This document shows, piece by piece, positions 28,909-38,694 of a DNA stretch of 38,955 nt; position 1 is the first letter of the stretch; the number at the start of each line of letters is the position of its first letter. The stretch lies in the sequence record SRR2962707_868. The stretch is one strand, 5' to 3'. The position numbers and the translations under genes were made by a program. The notes under the pieces are model-generated. The model saw only the letters and a program-made list of their open reading frames with translations, searched no databases and was not told the DNA's origin.

Positions 28909-30507
28909 ATGAGATTCGTTCTATTGGTAGTTATTTTATTTTCCTTTTTGCATGTGCGTGCTCAGGATGAGGCTTTCATTGACCTGACTAGTCCGCATGG
29001 AGCTGTGAAGACTTTCCTGGAAAATTCTCAGCCGGAAAACCGGAATGACTCATTGGCTGCCCTTCCATTTAAGACCGTAGACCGAACATTTCAGCAAGCA
29101 AAAATGTCGGCAATCAAATTCAAAAGGGTGCTGGATGGTAGAGGTATTTTCGTCTATCTCGATGAAATTCCTAAAGTAAATACCTATCAGGACTCAATAA
29201 CCCATAAGAACAAATATGTACTTCTGGAAGACTACCCGAATATCTTTCTACTCAAAGCCACAAACAATAAATGGTACTTTTCTGATGCAAGTATCGATCA
29301 GATCGATGAGATGTATCAGGAGACCTTTAGGTTTGGTACAGGACAATTGCTCAACCTTCTACCTAAACTCGGAACGAAGAAAACTTTCGGGCTCTATACC
29401 TATCAGTATGTCACAATTTTCATACTGGCGCTCATAAGTGCACTAGTCTACAAAATATTTGCATTCTTCACCGAACGTATTTTCAGACGTATTGTCAAGC
29501 GGTTTGGGTATGACGGAGAAACTTCCGAAAAGTATCTATGGCAGATTGCACGTCCTACTAGTGTATTCATTATTGTCTTACTGTTGCTACTGGTTACTCC
29601 AGCTTTGCAACTTCCTATTGAGTATTCGAGATATGTAAATATCATTTTAAGAGTGATGGTACCCTTATTTGGGACAGTAATTGCCTACCGCTTAGTCACA
29701 ATCGCCAGCATTTACCTTGCCCGAATGGCTCAGAGCACGGAAAGCACCCTTGATGATCAATTAGTTCCATTACTTCGAAAAACACTTAAAACATTCGTGA
29801 TCATCACAGGTACGCTGCTTATTCTAGACAACCTGGATGTTCCGATCCTTCCATTATTAACCGGTCTTTCGATAGGTGGTTTAGCTTTTGCTTTGGCCGC
29901 CCAGGACACCATCAAAAACTTTTTTGGATCGGTGATGATTTTTATTGATAAGCCTTTTCAGGTCGGTGACTGGATTACGTCCAATGATGTGGATGGCACT
30001 GTGGAAGAAGTGGGCTTTCGGTCTTCCCGAATCAGAACATTCAGAAATTCAGTAATCTATGTCCCCAATAGTAAATTGGCCGATAATACAATAGACAACC
30101 ATGGTTTAAGGAAATACAGACGTTTCTTCACCCATATTTCCATCACTTATGATACTCCGCCTGAAATGATAGAGGTTTTTGTAAAGGGGCTAAGACAAAT
30201 CGTAGAAGATCATCCTAAAACCTGGAAAGACAATTACCATGTCTATTTCAATGAAATGGCCAGTAGCTCACTAAATATCATGTTCTATATTTTCTTCAAT
30301 GTCCCAACATGGGCGGAAGAACTGCACTGCAGACATGAAATCCTAATGAGTATTATGAGGCTTGGAAAAGAGATTGGAGTCAATTTCGCCTTCCCTACTC
30401 AGACATTGCACATCGAGAATTTGCCCGGTCAACCATCTCTGTCTCCTTCTTACCCGTCAGGGAAAGAGGCTGAAACAAAGCTGCAAACGTTTTTTAAGAG
30501 GGGATAG
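28909..30507 (+). CDS. MscS family mechanosensitive ion channel with periplasmic N-terminal extension
   Basis: Signal peptide, GLAFALAAQDTIKNFFGS, DKPFQVGDWI, GTVEEVGFRSSRIRT, VPNS and FAFPTQT. Confidence 0.95.
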   Translation: MRFVLLVVILFSFLHVRAQDEAFIDLTSPHGAVKTFLENSQPENRNDSLAALPFKTVDRTFQQAKMSAIKFKRVLDGRGIFVYLDEIPKVNTYQDSITHKNKYVLLEDYPNIFLLKATNNKWYFSDASIDQIDEMYQETFRFGTGQLLNLLPKLGTKKTFGLYTYQYVTIFILALISALVYKIFAFFTERIFRRIVKRFGYDGETSEKYLWQIARPTSVFIIVLLLLLVTPALQLPIEYSRYVNIILRVMVPLFGTVIAYRLVTIASIYLARMAQSTESTLDDQLVPLLRKTLKTFVIITGTLLILDNLDVPILPLLTGLSIGGLAFALAAQDTIKNFFGSVMIFIDKPFQVGDWITSNDVDGTVEEVGFRSSRIRTFRNSVIYVPNSKLADNTIDNHGLRKYRRFFTHISITYDTPPEMIEVFVKGLRQIVEDHPKTWKDNYHVYFNEMASSSLNIMFYIFFNVPTWAEELHCRHEILMSIMRLGKEIGVNFAFPTQTLHIENLPGQPSLSPSYPSGKEAETKLQTFFKRG

Positions 30508-30572
30508 AACTCCCCGGAAGTATTAGTAGATTGATAGCAAGCAAATCATTTCTTATTGATATTCATAAACAC

Positions 30573-30599
30573 AAAAAAAGCACTCAATTGAGTGCCTTT
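30573..30599. terminator. Terminator hairpin between convergent mscS-like and T9SS-cargo genes
   Basis: A7-GCACTC-AATT-GAGTGC-CTTT. The U tract is best on the minus strand. Confidence 0.8.
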
Positions 30600-30620
30600 C
30601 TTATCATTTAATTACCTGAA

Positions 30621-33600
30621 TTAGTCCTTCTTAACCCAACGTTGCTTAAACGTCTGATCACCGGACTTTATTTCTACAATATAAATGCCTGCCTTATGGC
30701 TACTCATATCTATTTGTGTATTAAGCGTACCGTTTGCTCGAGATGCCTCATAATGAATCGTTCGTCCATTAAGATCTAACACTTTGATTTCAACATCTCC
30801 AGATAAACTTTCATTGAGCGATATATCCATTATGGTACCACCAGGATTAGGATAAAGTGCCAATCGTTCATCTGTATCATTTAAGCCTAGCGGAACTTCA
30901 TTGACTGTCAGTGTGAAAGCTGCAGTCACAGATTTTCCAAAATCATCTATGGCTTTTACGTTGATATTCAGTTCCGCATCATCGTCAAACTCAATTGGTT
31001 TGATCACAACAAGTTGATCTCCATCAATCACAAACTTTTTATTGTCAGCATCATTCGTGCCGTCACCGGCAGTTAAGAAAATAACGTGTGAATCATCAAG
31101 GTTTGGATCAACAACTGTCAACGTACCAATGGACTCACCGATTGGCGACCCTTCATCAAAGGATTCTATTGACAACTCTATACCTGTTGGAGCCGCATTG
31201 GTATTGAAAAAGACCCTGATATAATCTTTTGGCTCTTCATCATCTAATGTTTCAAAACAACATCCTCCTTCACCACCCTCTACCGGGTACGCGAGGTTAC
31301 TAATTAATAGATCTAAATCATCATCGCTATCCGCATCCATCATCTCAATTTCAATACCTCCGACATCATTCAGGGCTTGCTTTTCTTCAAATGTGCCACT
31401 TCCATCGTTGACGAACGTAAGAGCAGAATAGGTATATGAAGAAGTGGTTTCATCATAAGACGATTTGTAAGTAGCTACTATATCTGGTGAACCATCACCA
31501 TCTATATCTCCCACTTTCATATCTCCATCAACACCTCCTGAAGACTCTCCTCCTAATTCTAATGTTTGAGCTGAACTAAAATTCGCTGCACCATCATTCA
31601 AGTGGATATCAATGGCTACTCCGTTTCCATCTGTATTGTGTAAGATGGCTACATCAATATCTCCGTCTCCGTCAAAATCAGCAGAAACCACTTTATTGAG
31701 GCCATAATCAGCAGATGTTGTCACAGCTGCAGGTGTACCATTCAGAGAACCTTCTCCCCCGTCTGATCCAAAGTAAACGACATCATCGTCATTTGTAAAT
31801 GCAAAAAACACATCGTCTAAGCCATCACCATCAAAATCCCCCACTGCGATATCTCCTTCCGCCCCGTAATTAAATACACTATATGTTTCATCCAATGGAC
31901 TCTCTCCATTTAGATATCTGCTAAAGATGGATAGCTTCACACCTCCGGAGTAGTCAAACAAAGCTGCAATATCATCAGAGCTATCCCCATCAAAATCACC
32001 TACGACAAATTTTTGGGCGAAACCGTAGTAACCCACACCTCTAACATCATCGATTTGTCCATTCTCACGGAAATAAAAGATGTCTATGCTACCATCATTC
32101 TCTCCACCAATCAGATCATTTACTCCATCGTTATTTACATCAAAAAAGATCGCATCATGCATTGCATACTTACTAGGAACACTTGATGGAGTAAAGAAAC
32201 TTTGATTCTGGCTATACAAGGAGTTTGTGAAAACGGCATCTAAAGCCTCACTCCGAACCCTGTAATAACTATCTGAATTTGAAGACTTAAACAAATCATC
32301 ATCCCCGTCTAAATCAAAATCTCCAGAAACAAACGTTGTAGGAGTAGCAGTACCAAATACCGGCTGACCTACTTCTGAAAAGGTCCCATGACCGTCTTCA
32401 GATAAATTACGAAGTTTAATATTTCCTACTTCGCGACTTGTCTTTGTGCCATCACTGATTAAAATTTCAACTGAAAATTCTGAACCATCTTCCTCCCAGT
32501 CAAAAACATCTGCAGTAGAAATCGCCCCAGTTTCAAAATCCAGATTAAAAGAAGCAGCATCGTCACCCTCAAATCCGACAATGGTAACATCATCACCTTG
32601 TACGTCATATAGTGATAGATAACCAAGCAACGTACCTGATGGAGTATTCTCATCAAAAATAACATCGCCTACAAAACCATTCACATAAGGAGCTGCACGG
32701 TCATATACAAAGTACAACCATGGTGAATCATAATCAGCTACAAAATCAGCTACCCCATCGCCATCAATGTCTCCTATCGCTACGTTATACGTATCAAAGT
32801 AGAAACTTCCAACCACTCCCCCAGCAAGACTTCTTCCTTCGAATGTTGTTCCATTTAGAGATGCCAGGTATGCTCCATCATTACCAAATCCAATCAATAG
32901 ATCGTCATCACCATCCAAATCAAAGTCGGCAACACCGGCAGTCTCAACCCTATACGATGAAGTATCCGGAAGATTCGAAAATGACGCAGCTACAAATGTT
33001 CCTGTTGATCCCTCATCATGCTGGTTTAAGCTTCCTCCCAGGTAGGCGAAATCTTCATCATGAAAAAAGACATCATTATCGCCATCTCCATCTGCATCCA
33101 GAATAGTAATGCCAACAAAATCATCACCAAAATAATCAGAGTCTAATACTGTCTCAAAACCTTCTCCACCAAATACCGGATCTTGGCCGGCATCTGCGGT
33201 ATTTTGCATTGCGAATAGGTACCTTCCACCTTCTCCTCCATCGCGATTACTCACCAGATCCATAACGTTATCGCCATCTAAATCAGTGAATTCAAAATCA
33301 GTGATACCGCCGTTTCCTGAAACAGAAATGGTTCCTTTATTATTTTCTCCTCCTGAAATAAATGAGCCAGATTCGTTTTCGAATACAGTTAAGTAGCCAC
33401 TACCTCTGGAAAGTACCAAATCCAAGTCATTATCGGAATCGAAATCAACTAAATCAATATCATATGTTCCGAATTGTCTCCCAAAAGATCCTGGAAAATA
33501 TGAAGCTGAATAGGAGTACTCCTCGTCTATTAAATTGAAATTGCCCTCACCATCATTCAATGCTAGGTAAAAACCATAACCACTTTGGAAAATCACATCA

Positions 33601-34100
33601 TTGTCCAGATCTCCGTCCACATCACCTACCCAAAACTCCCCACGCATGTCGTTTAATCCGTATAGACTCTGTCGTGACCAACTGGTTTCTCCTCCTTCCT
33701 CAACTCGATTAAAAATTTTAGGAGGCCCGCCTGGAACAGAAACTAACAATTCAAGATCGCTATCCGAATCAAAATTCGCCAACTCCATATGCTGTGGACT
33801 CTCTCCTCCCGTATAAACATAAGTCTCAGTTCTAAGAAAAACATTCGGGTCCTGAGCATTTCCAATAGCCGGGATAGCAGCCAATGCTGTAAATGATCCT
33901 GCAACGGCAGCCCCTCTCATGGAGAATCCCATTTTTTCCAGCCGGGTTTTATATTTATCTACTCTGGAAACAAGTTGATTTTTTTTCTTTCGTGGAAGTG
34001 CATCGAACTGACCTGAGGAAATTTTCTTTTCAAGTCTTTGCTTGAACTTATAATATTTCTCTTTAGCAACGTTGAGTGATTGTTGGTAAAAGTTATTCAT
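30621..34100 (-). CDS. T9SS type A CTD protein: extended signal peptide, two FG-GAP/VCBS propeller + cadherin-like units
   Basis: Fourteen D/N-x-D/N-x-D-x-x-x-D/E loops in two groups of seven. Cadherin-like segments (AAP...DENTPSGT...D; NAAP...DEGSPIG...DPN). CTD motifs LYPNP...LDLNGR...GIYIVEI...WVKK. Confidence 0.9.
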   Translation of the reverse strand: MNNFYQQSLNVAKEKYYKFKQRLEKKISSGQFDALPRKKKNQLVSRVDKYKTRLEKMGFSMRGAAVAGSFTALAAIPAIGNAQDPNVFLRTETYVYTGGESPQHMELANFDSDSDLELLVSVPGGPPKIFNRVEEGGETSWSRQSLYGLNDMRGEFWVGDVDGDLDNDVIFQSGYGFYLALNDGEGNFNLIDEEYSYSASYFPGSFGRQFGTYDIDLVDFDSDNDLDLVLSRGSGYLTVFENESGSFISGGENNKGTISVSGNGGITDFEFTDLDGDNVMDLVSNRDGGEGGRYLFAMQNTADAGQDPVFGGEGFETVLDSDYFGDDFVGITILDADGDGDNDVFFHDEDFAYLGGSLNQHDEGSTGTFVAASFSNLPDTSSYRVETAGVADFDLDGDDDLLIGFGNDGAYLASLNGTTFEGRSLAGGVVGSFYFDTYNVAIGDIDGDGVADFVADYDSPWLYFVYDRAAPYVNGFVGDVIFDENTPSGTLLGYLSLYDVQGDDVTIVGFEGDDAASFNLDFETGAISTADVFDWEEDGSEFSVEILISDGTKTSREVGNIKLRNLSEDGHGTFSEVGQPVFGTATPTTFVSGDFDLDGDDDLFKSSNSDSYYRVRSEALDAVFTNSLYSQNQSFFTPSSVPSKYAMHDAIFFDVNNDGVNDLIGGENDGSIDIFYFRENGQIDDVRGVGYYGFAQKFVVGDFDGDSSDDIAALFDYSGGVKLSIFSRYLNGESPLDETYSVFNYGAEGDIAVGDFDGDGLDDVFFAFTNDDDVVYFGSDGGEGSLNGTPAAVTTSADYGLNKVVSADFDGDGDIDVAILHNTDGNGVAIDIHLNDGAANFSSAQTLELGGESSGGVDGDMKVGDIDGDGSPDIVATYKSSYDETTSSYTYSALTFVNDGSGTFEEKQALNDVGGIEIEMMDADSDDDLDLLISNLAYPVEGGEGGCCFETLDDEEPKDYIRVFFNTNAAPTGIELSIESFDEGSPIGESIGTLTVVDPNLDDSHVIFLTAGDGTNDADNKKFVIDGDQLVVIKPIEFDDDAELNINVKAIDDFGKSVTAAFTLTVNEVPLGLNDTDERLALYPNPGGTIMDISLNESLSGDVEIKVLDLNGRTIHYEASRANGTLNTQIDMSSHKAGIYIVEIKSGDQTFKQRWVKKD

Positions 34101-34118
34101 GGTAGTGGACCGGTTTAT

Positions 34119-36272
34119 TTATTTCTTAATTAAAACATTCAAATCAAGAGCAGACCCAACTTCAAAATCTTTTGGCACATTTCCTTTTTTGAATCTTATT
34201 AGCGCTTTTTGGTAGGCTTTTTCCAAGTATCTAACTTGTAATTCCGTATCAAAAAGTGCATTCTTATCAACGGCTTGCAGCTTTTCTTTCATGGCTTCTA
34301 GTTCGGCGGCACTGGTAGCAAGTCGGATTGACTGTGTAATATAGTCAATCTTTGTGAGACAAATAAGGTTTTCCATGCCAGAATATTTTAGTAAGCTGGA
34401 CCCTATTCTACTATTATGATTATTCCCTTTTAGCGTAATAAGTGGAACCCCCATTTGTAAGAATTCTATACCTGTCACGTGTGCATTATAGATGAAATTA
34501 TCAAGAAATAAATCCGCATGATGGAGACGTTCCCAATGCTTTTTGATCTCCATAGGCTGAGCAAACACGATCCGATCATGAGTAACACCAAAATCAGTAG
34601 CCTTTTCCCTAATCAATGAGTCAAAGCCCTGCTGACCTCCATTATAAAGCCATAACACTGAATCGGGCGTGTTTTTTAAGATTTCCATCCATGCACTGAA
34701 TGTCTCTGGATCCAGTTTTTTGGGGTGATTGAAGTTAGCGAAAATGAAAGCATCCGGTAGTCCATGATCTGATGGTGCTGTTCTGTTTTCTTTATCAACC
34801 GGGAATTCACTATTGATCAGCAATGAACATGGAAGAGTGATTACCTTTTCACTGAAATTCTTTCTCAAGCCTTTATCAATCATATACTCATCTGAAAAAA
34901 CGTAATCAATAAAATCAGCACCCGTAGTTTCATGAGAGCCTATGATTACCATTTGAACGGGTGCAGGCCTGAGTGCCATAAGGCCAAATTTCATCGAAGT
35001 GTTATACCCTGCCAACGAAACCAGAACATCAATCCCAGTACGATTGATCAGGTCCGCTATCTCTATGCTTGTCTTTGATGATACGTCATGATAGTAGTCT
35101 ACCGAGTCCCTAATCTCTCTATTAATCCAATCATCCGATTGGACAAGAGAGAATGCATGGATTTCAAATCGCTTACTATCGTGTAAATCAAAGACCTGTC
35201 TAACAAGTGTGCCTCCTGGATGGAGCTTGAAATTTGGAGATAAATACCCCACTTTCACCTTTCCTTCTGATAGGGTATGATCATATTTTACGTCCGGAAA
35301 TTGTTGTTGAATCTCACTTTTGATCTTTGAGGCATACTTCTCAGCTACCATTCTGTATAGCTCAGGATCGACTTTCGAATAACTCAGTGCATATGGCACA
35401 ATCTCGAAGGGCGGATTATTCTCCCCGATATACCATTTTAAAATGTCATTAAGATCAGCTATGTCTGTCTCATATTCTGTCCAGTCTACTATATGCTGAC
35501 GAGCTATGATTTGATAAAAACGTATGCCTTTTCGATAGCTATCATTTCCCTTTATCAACCCATCAGAATATACCTTTAAAGCTTTTTGATAATCATGCTT
35601 TTCCTTGGCAAACAGTTGTCCTAAATTGAAATAAACAATTGATAAGCCTGGAGCAACTGCTAAAGCTTTTTCATAGTACTTTATGGCTTGGTCAAGTTGA
35701 CCAGACTGCTCATATAGGCTACCCAAATTACAATAAGCCATTCCCTCCTCAGGATAATGGTGTATTAGCTTTTGGTACAGGGATTCTGCTTTTTTATGGT
35801 TTTCTCTCTTTTGATACAGGTTTGCCAAATTGTTGAGTGCAGGCTTATAGTCCGGCTTGATCTTCAGACATTTTTCATATAGAGAAATAGCTTTAGGAAA
35901 GTGTCCTTTTACCGTAGCATTCTTTGCATAACAAAACCAAAATTTGGGATTCTTAATTTGTCCAGGGAGCTGCTCTGATTTTTTAAACCAAGGATACGCT
36001 TCATCATACTCACCCAACTGAAACAGAACAATCGCCAAGTTGACTTTCAGAAGCTTTTTTTCACAGTTATCTACTCCTTCTTTAAGCACCTCTGATGCTT
36101 TTACCAACTGATTTTGTTTGACAAGAACCTGAGCTAGAATAAGGTACGCTCCCATTCGCTCCGGATTCGCTTTTTTTAATCCTTGGCATAAATGGGCTGC
36201 TCCAGCCAGGTCATTTCGAGAGAGTAGTTTAGTGGCCTGATTTACGGTCGAAATGTATTCATGTTCATCCAT
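34119..36272 (-). CDS. TPR-containing GT41 (O-GlcNAc transferase/SPINDLY-like) glycosyltransferase
   Basis: TPR repeats (ALNNLANLY, AYCNLGSLY, VYFNLGQLF). Catalytic-half motifs VGYLSPNFKLHP, ALRPAPVQ, FANFNHPKKL and ADLFLDNFIYNAHVT. No signal peptide. Confidence 0.9.
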   Translation of the reverse strand: MDEHEYISTVNQATKLLSRNDLAGAAHLCQGLKKANPERMGAYLILAQVLVKQNQLVKASEVLKEGVDNCEKKLLKVNLAIVLFQLGEYDEAYPWFKKSEQLPGQIKNPKFWFCYAKNATVKGHFPKAISLYEKCLKIKPDYKPALNNLANLYQKRENHKKAESLYQKLIHHYPEEGMAYCNLGSLYEQSGQLDQAIKYYEKALAVAPGLSIVYFNLGQLFAKEKHDYQKALKVYSDGLIKGNDSYRKGIRFYQIIARQHIVDWTEYETDIADLNDILKWYIGENNPPFEIVPYALSYSKVDPELYRMVAEKYASKIKSEIQQQFPDVKYDHTLSEGKVKVGYLSPNFKLHPGGTLVRQVFDLHDSKRFEIHAFSLVQSDDWINREIRDSVDYYHDVSSKTSIEIADLINRTGIDVLVSLAGYNTSMKFGLMALRPAPVQMVIIGSHETTGADFIDYVFSDEYMIDKGLRKNFSEKVITLPCSLLINSEFPVDKENRTAPSDHGLPDAFIFANFNHPKKLDPETFSAWMEILKNTPDSVLWLYNGGQQGFDSLIREKATDFGVTHDRIVFAQPMEIKKHWERLHHADLFLDNFIYNAHVTGIEFLQMGVPLITLKGNNHNSRIGSSLLKYSGMENLICLTKIDYITQSIRLATSAAELEAMKEKLQAVDKNALFDTELQVRYLEKAYQKALIRFKKGNVPKDFEVGSALDLNVLIKK

Positions 36273-38689
36273 CAGCTTATATAGATATCACCTGGCTGTT
36301 CATCTTTTTCATACGTCTCCCACATTTGCTCATAGGCTTTTTCTAAGTTACCGATCAAATGACAAGTATCGAAAAGAGGAGCTTTTTTCTTAGCCTCCAT
36401 CATTGCCTGCTTGAGTTTAGCTAATTGCCCTGCATCGTTTCCTATTGAAACCGCCTTATCCACGTACGCCTCCATGCTGTCAACCACCATGTCATTCATA
36501 CCTATGGCATGTAAGAAAGAACCGCACAGACGTGAACTCACAGACTCCCCTTGCACTGTCAATACGGGCACTTCCATCCACAGTGCCTCCAAACAGGTCG
36601 TATGTCCGTTATAGACAGGAGTATCCAAAAACAGGTCAATCAATTCTATTCTTCGGTAGTGATCACGATAATACTCCTTTCCACAGAAAATCAACCGATC
36701 CGATCCTAGACCTGCATCTTCGGCCATCTTTTTCATGTTGCTTTCTACTATTTTCTGATCGGAATGATAAAGCCAAAGGACTGAATCAGGAACTTGCTTT
36801 AGAATACTAAACCAGGCATTAATCACCCAATGGCTAAGTTTTCTGGGATGATTTAAACAGCCAAATACCAACCCCTTTTCCGGCAACCCATAATCTCCTC
36901 GTTTTACTGTCTTATCCGAAGGGATCATCTCTGCATTCAAGAAATAGCTTGCTGGCAGGTACGCAATTGACTCACTAAAAAAACGCCTGTTATTCTTGGT
37001 GAATGCTACATCGTCACCAAATCCGTAATCAAAAAAATCCGACTGGAGGGTTTCATTGTAACCCATGTATATCGCTTGTATCGGTGCTGGCCTGAGAGCT
37101 GGAATCTCCATCTTCATGCCAAAATTGTACCCTGACAAACTGATCAGGATATTGATACCATCTTCATTGATTCTCTTCGCTGCATCTTCCACTTTCAAAT
37201 CATCCAGATCAATAAAATGATCTGCATTATGACGAATCTCATTACTGATCTCATCGTCCGATTTCCTCAAACTATAGGCATATACTTCAAACCTTTCCCT
37301 ATCGTGATACTTGAATAGATCTTTTGCCAGCATCGCGTCCGGATGTACCCTGAAGTTTGGTGATAAATAAGCTATCTTAATCTTTTCACCACCGGACTTG
37401 TAGTCGAAATCTAGTTTATCTCTTAAAGGCTTAATTCGATTAATCAAACCTGACGTATATTTTTTTGTAACCTGGGATGCTAAGCTCAAGTCAAACGGAT
37501 AGTAGGCCAGATTATATACAGGGATGTCATCGTCTTGTCTATCGCTCTGAATAAATTGCTGGAGCTGTGAGGAGACCTTCGCCAGCATTTCTTCATACTT
37601 ATCAACCCTACCTTGCTTTGAGTAGAGCAGCTGCAAAGTCATGCTAGCCCTTAGAGCAAATTCAGGATGCTTATTGACTTTTAACAGATACTCCTCCGCC
37701 TGCTCAAGTCGATGAACAAAATCTAATACAGCACCCGCTAGAAAAGTAGACTCCCAGGCATATTGATTTTTCTCAATAAATGGAATCATAAGATTAAGGA
37801 ATTTTTCAAATTCAAATTCCCGCATCATGATTCGACCTAATTTAATATACGGCTCTTCACTTCGGGCCCCTCGGTGAATCAGTTGATTTAATATGCCTAA
37901 ACCTTCCCTTTTCTGCCCGTTCCAATAGATAGTGGATGCATAAGTACTTATGTATTTATGATTATCCGGATCTAACTGAACCGACTTCTGTAGTAGCTTT
38001 ATGGCTTTTTCATGATTATGACGAGTACTTTCGATTACTCCTAAATTGTAAAGTGCTAAGGCATTTTGCGGATCTAGTTCAAGGGCTTTTACATATAGCC
38101 GCTCAGCCTCATCTATTTTTCCAAGCTTTTGAATAAGGCCGGCTTTATTGCAATACGCCATTGGAAAAACCGGATCAATAGAAATGATTTTATCATAACA
38201 CTTCAGTGCCTGATCGTAATCGTACAGCTGCTGATACAAATTTCCCAGGTTATTCAGTGCTTGCTTATGATCCGGCTTTAGCTCAATAACTTTTTGATAC
38301 AATTCGGTAGATTCGGTGAATAAGCCTAGCTCTTTCAGATTTCGCGCTGCATGAAACAGTACTTTGACGTTCTCTCCGTGATACTGCACCAAAAAATCAA
38401 AAGCTGATTTGGCTTCCTCCAACTGACCCAGTTTTATAAGTGCTCTGCCTTTCTGTAAGAGTAAGTCTGGATTTTTCGGGTGAACGGAAAGTCCATGATC
38501 ATACATTTCTATTGCTTGATCAAATTTTTTCTCCTGATAAAAGGACTGACCTTTCATGATAATACTCTCCACATGTCTGGGTTGAATTTTTAACACTTCA
38601 TCATAGAGTTTTCTGGCCTCCCTTAATTTCCCAGACTTATGTAGATCAAGAGCAGTATGATAATACGTATTGATGCTGACCCGAGACAT
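36272..38689 (-). CDS. TPR-containing GT41 (O-GlcNAc transferase/SPINDLY-like) glycosyltransferase
   Basis: Long TPR array (ALNNLGNLY, AYCNKAGL, ALYNLGVI). Motifs IAYLSPNFRVHP, ALRPAPIQ, FGCLNHPRKL and DLFLDTPVYNGHTT. The stop overlaps the next start (TGATG). Confidence 0.92.
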   Translation of the reverse strand: MSRVSINTYYHTALDLHKSGKLREARKLYDEVLKIQPRHVESIIMKGQSFYQEKKFDQAIEMYDHGLSVHPKNPDLLLQKGRALIKLGQLEEAKSAFDFLVQYHGENVKVLFHAARNLKELGLFTESTELYQKVIELKPDHKQALNNLGNLYQQLYDYDQALKCYDKIISIDPVFPMAYCNKAGLIQKLGKIDEAERLYVKALELDPQNALALYNLGVIESTRHNHEKAIKLLQKSVQLDPDNHKYISTYASTIYWNGQKREGLGILNQLIHRGARSEEPYIKLGRIMMREFEFEKFLNLMIPFIEKNQYAWESTFLAGAVLDFVHRLEQAEEYLLKVNKHPEFALRASMTLQLLYSKQGRVDKYEEMLAKVSSQLQQFIQSDRQDDDIPVYNLAYYPFDLSLASQVTKKYTSGLINRIKPLRDKLDFDYKSGGEKIKIAYLSPNFRVHPDAMLAKDLFKYHDRERFEVYAYSLRKSDDEISNEIRHNADHFIDLDDLKVEDAAKRINEDGINILISLSGYNFGMKMEIPALRPAPIQAIYMGYNETLQSDFFDYGFGDDVAFTKNNRRFFSESIAYLPASYFLNAEMIPSDKTVKRGDYGLPEKGLVFGCLNHPRKLSHWVINAWFSILKQVPDSVLWLYHSDQKIVESNMKKMAEDAGLGSDRLIFCGKEYYRDHYRRIELIDLFLDTPVYNGHTTCLEALWMEVPVLTVQGESVSSRLCGSFLHAIGMNDMVVDSMEAYVDKAVSIGNDAGQLAKLKQAMMEAKKKAPLFDTCHLIGNLEKAYEQMWETYEKDEQPGDIYIS

Positions 38690-38694
38690 TGAAT

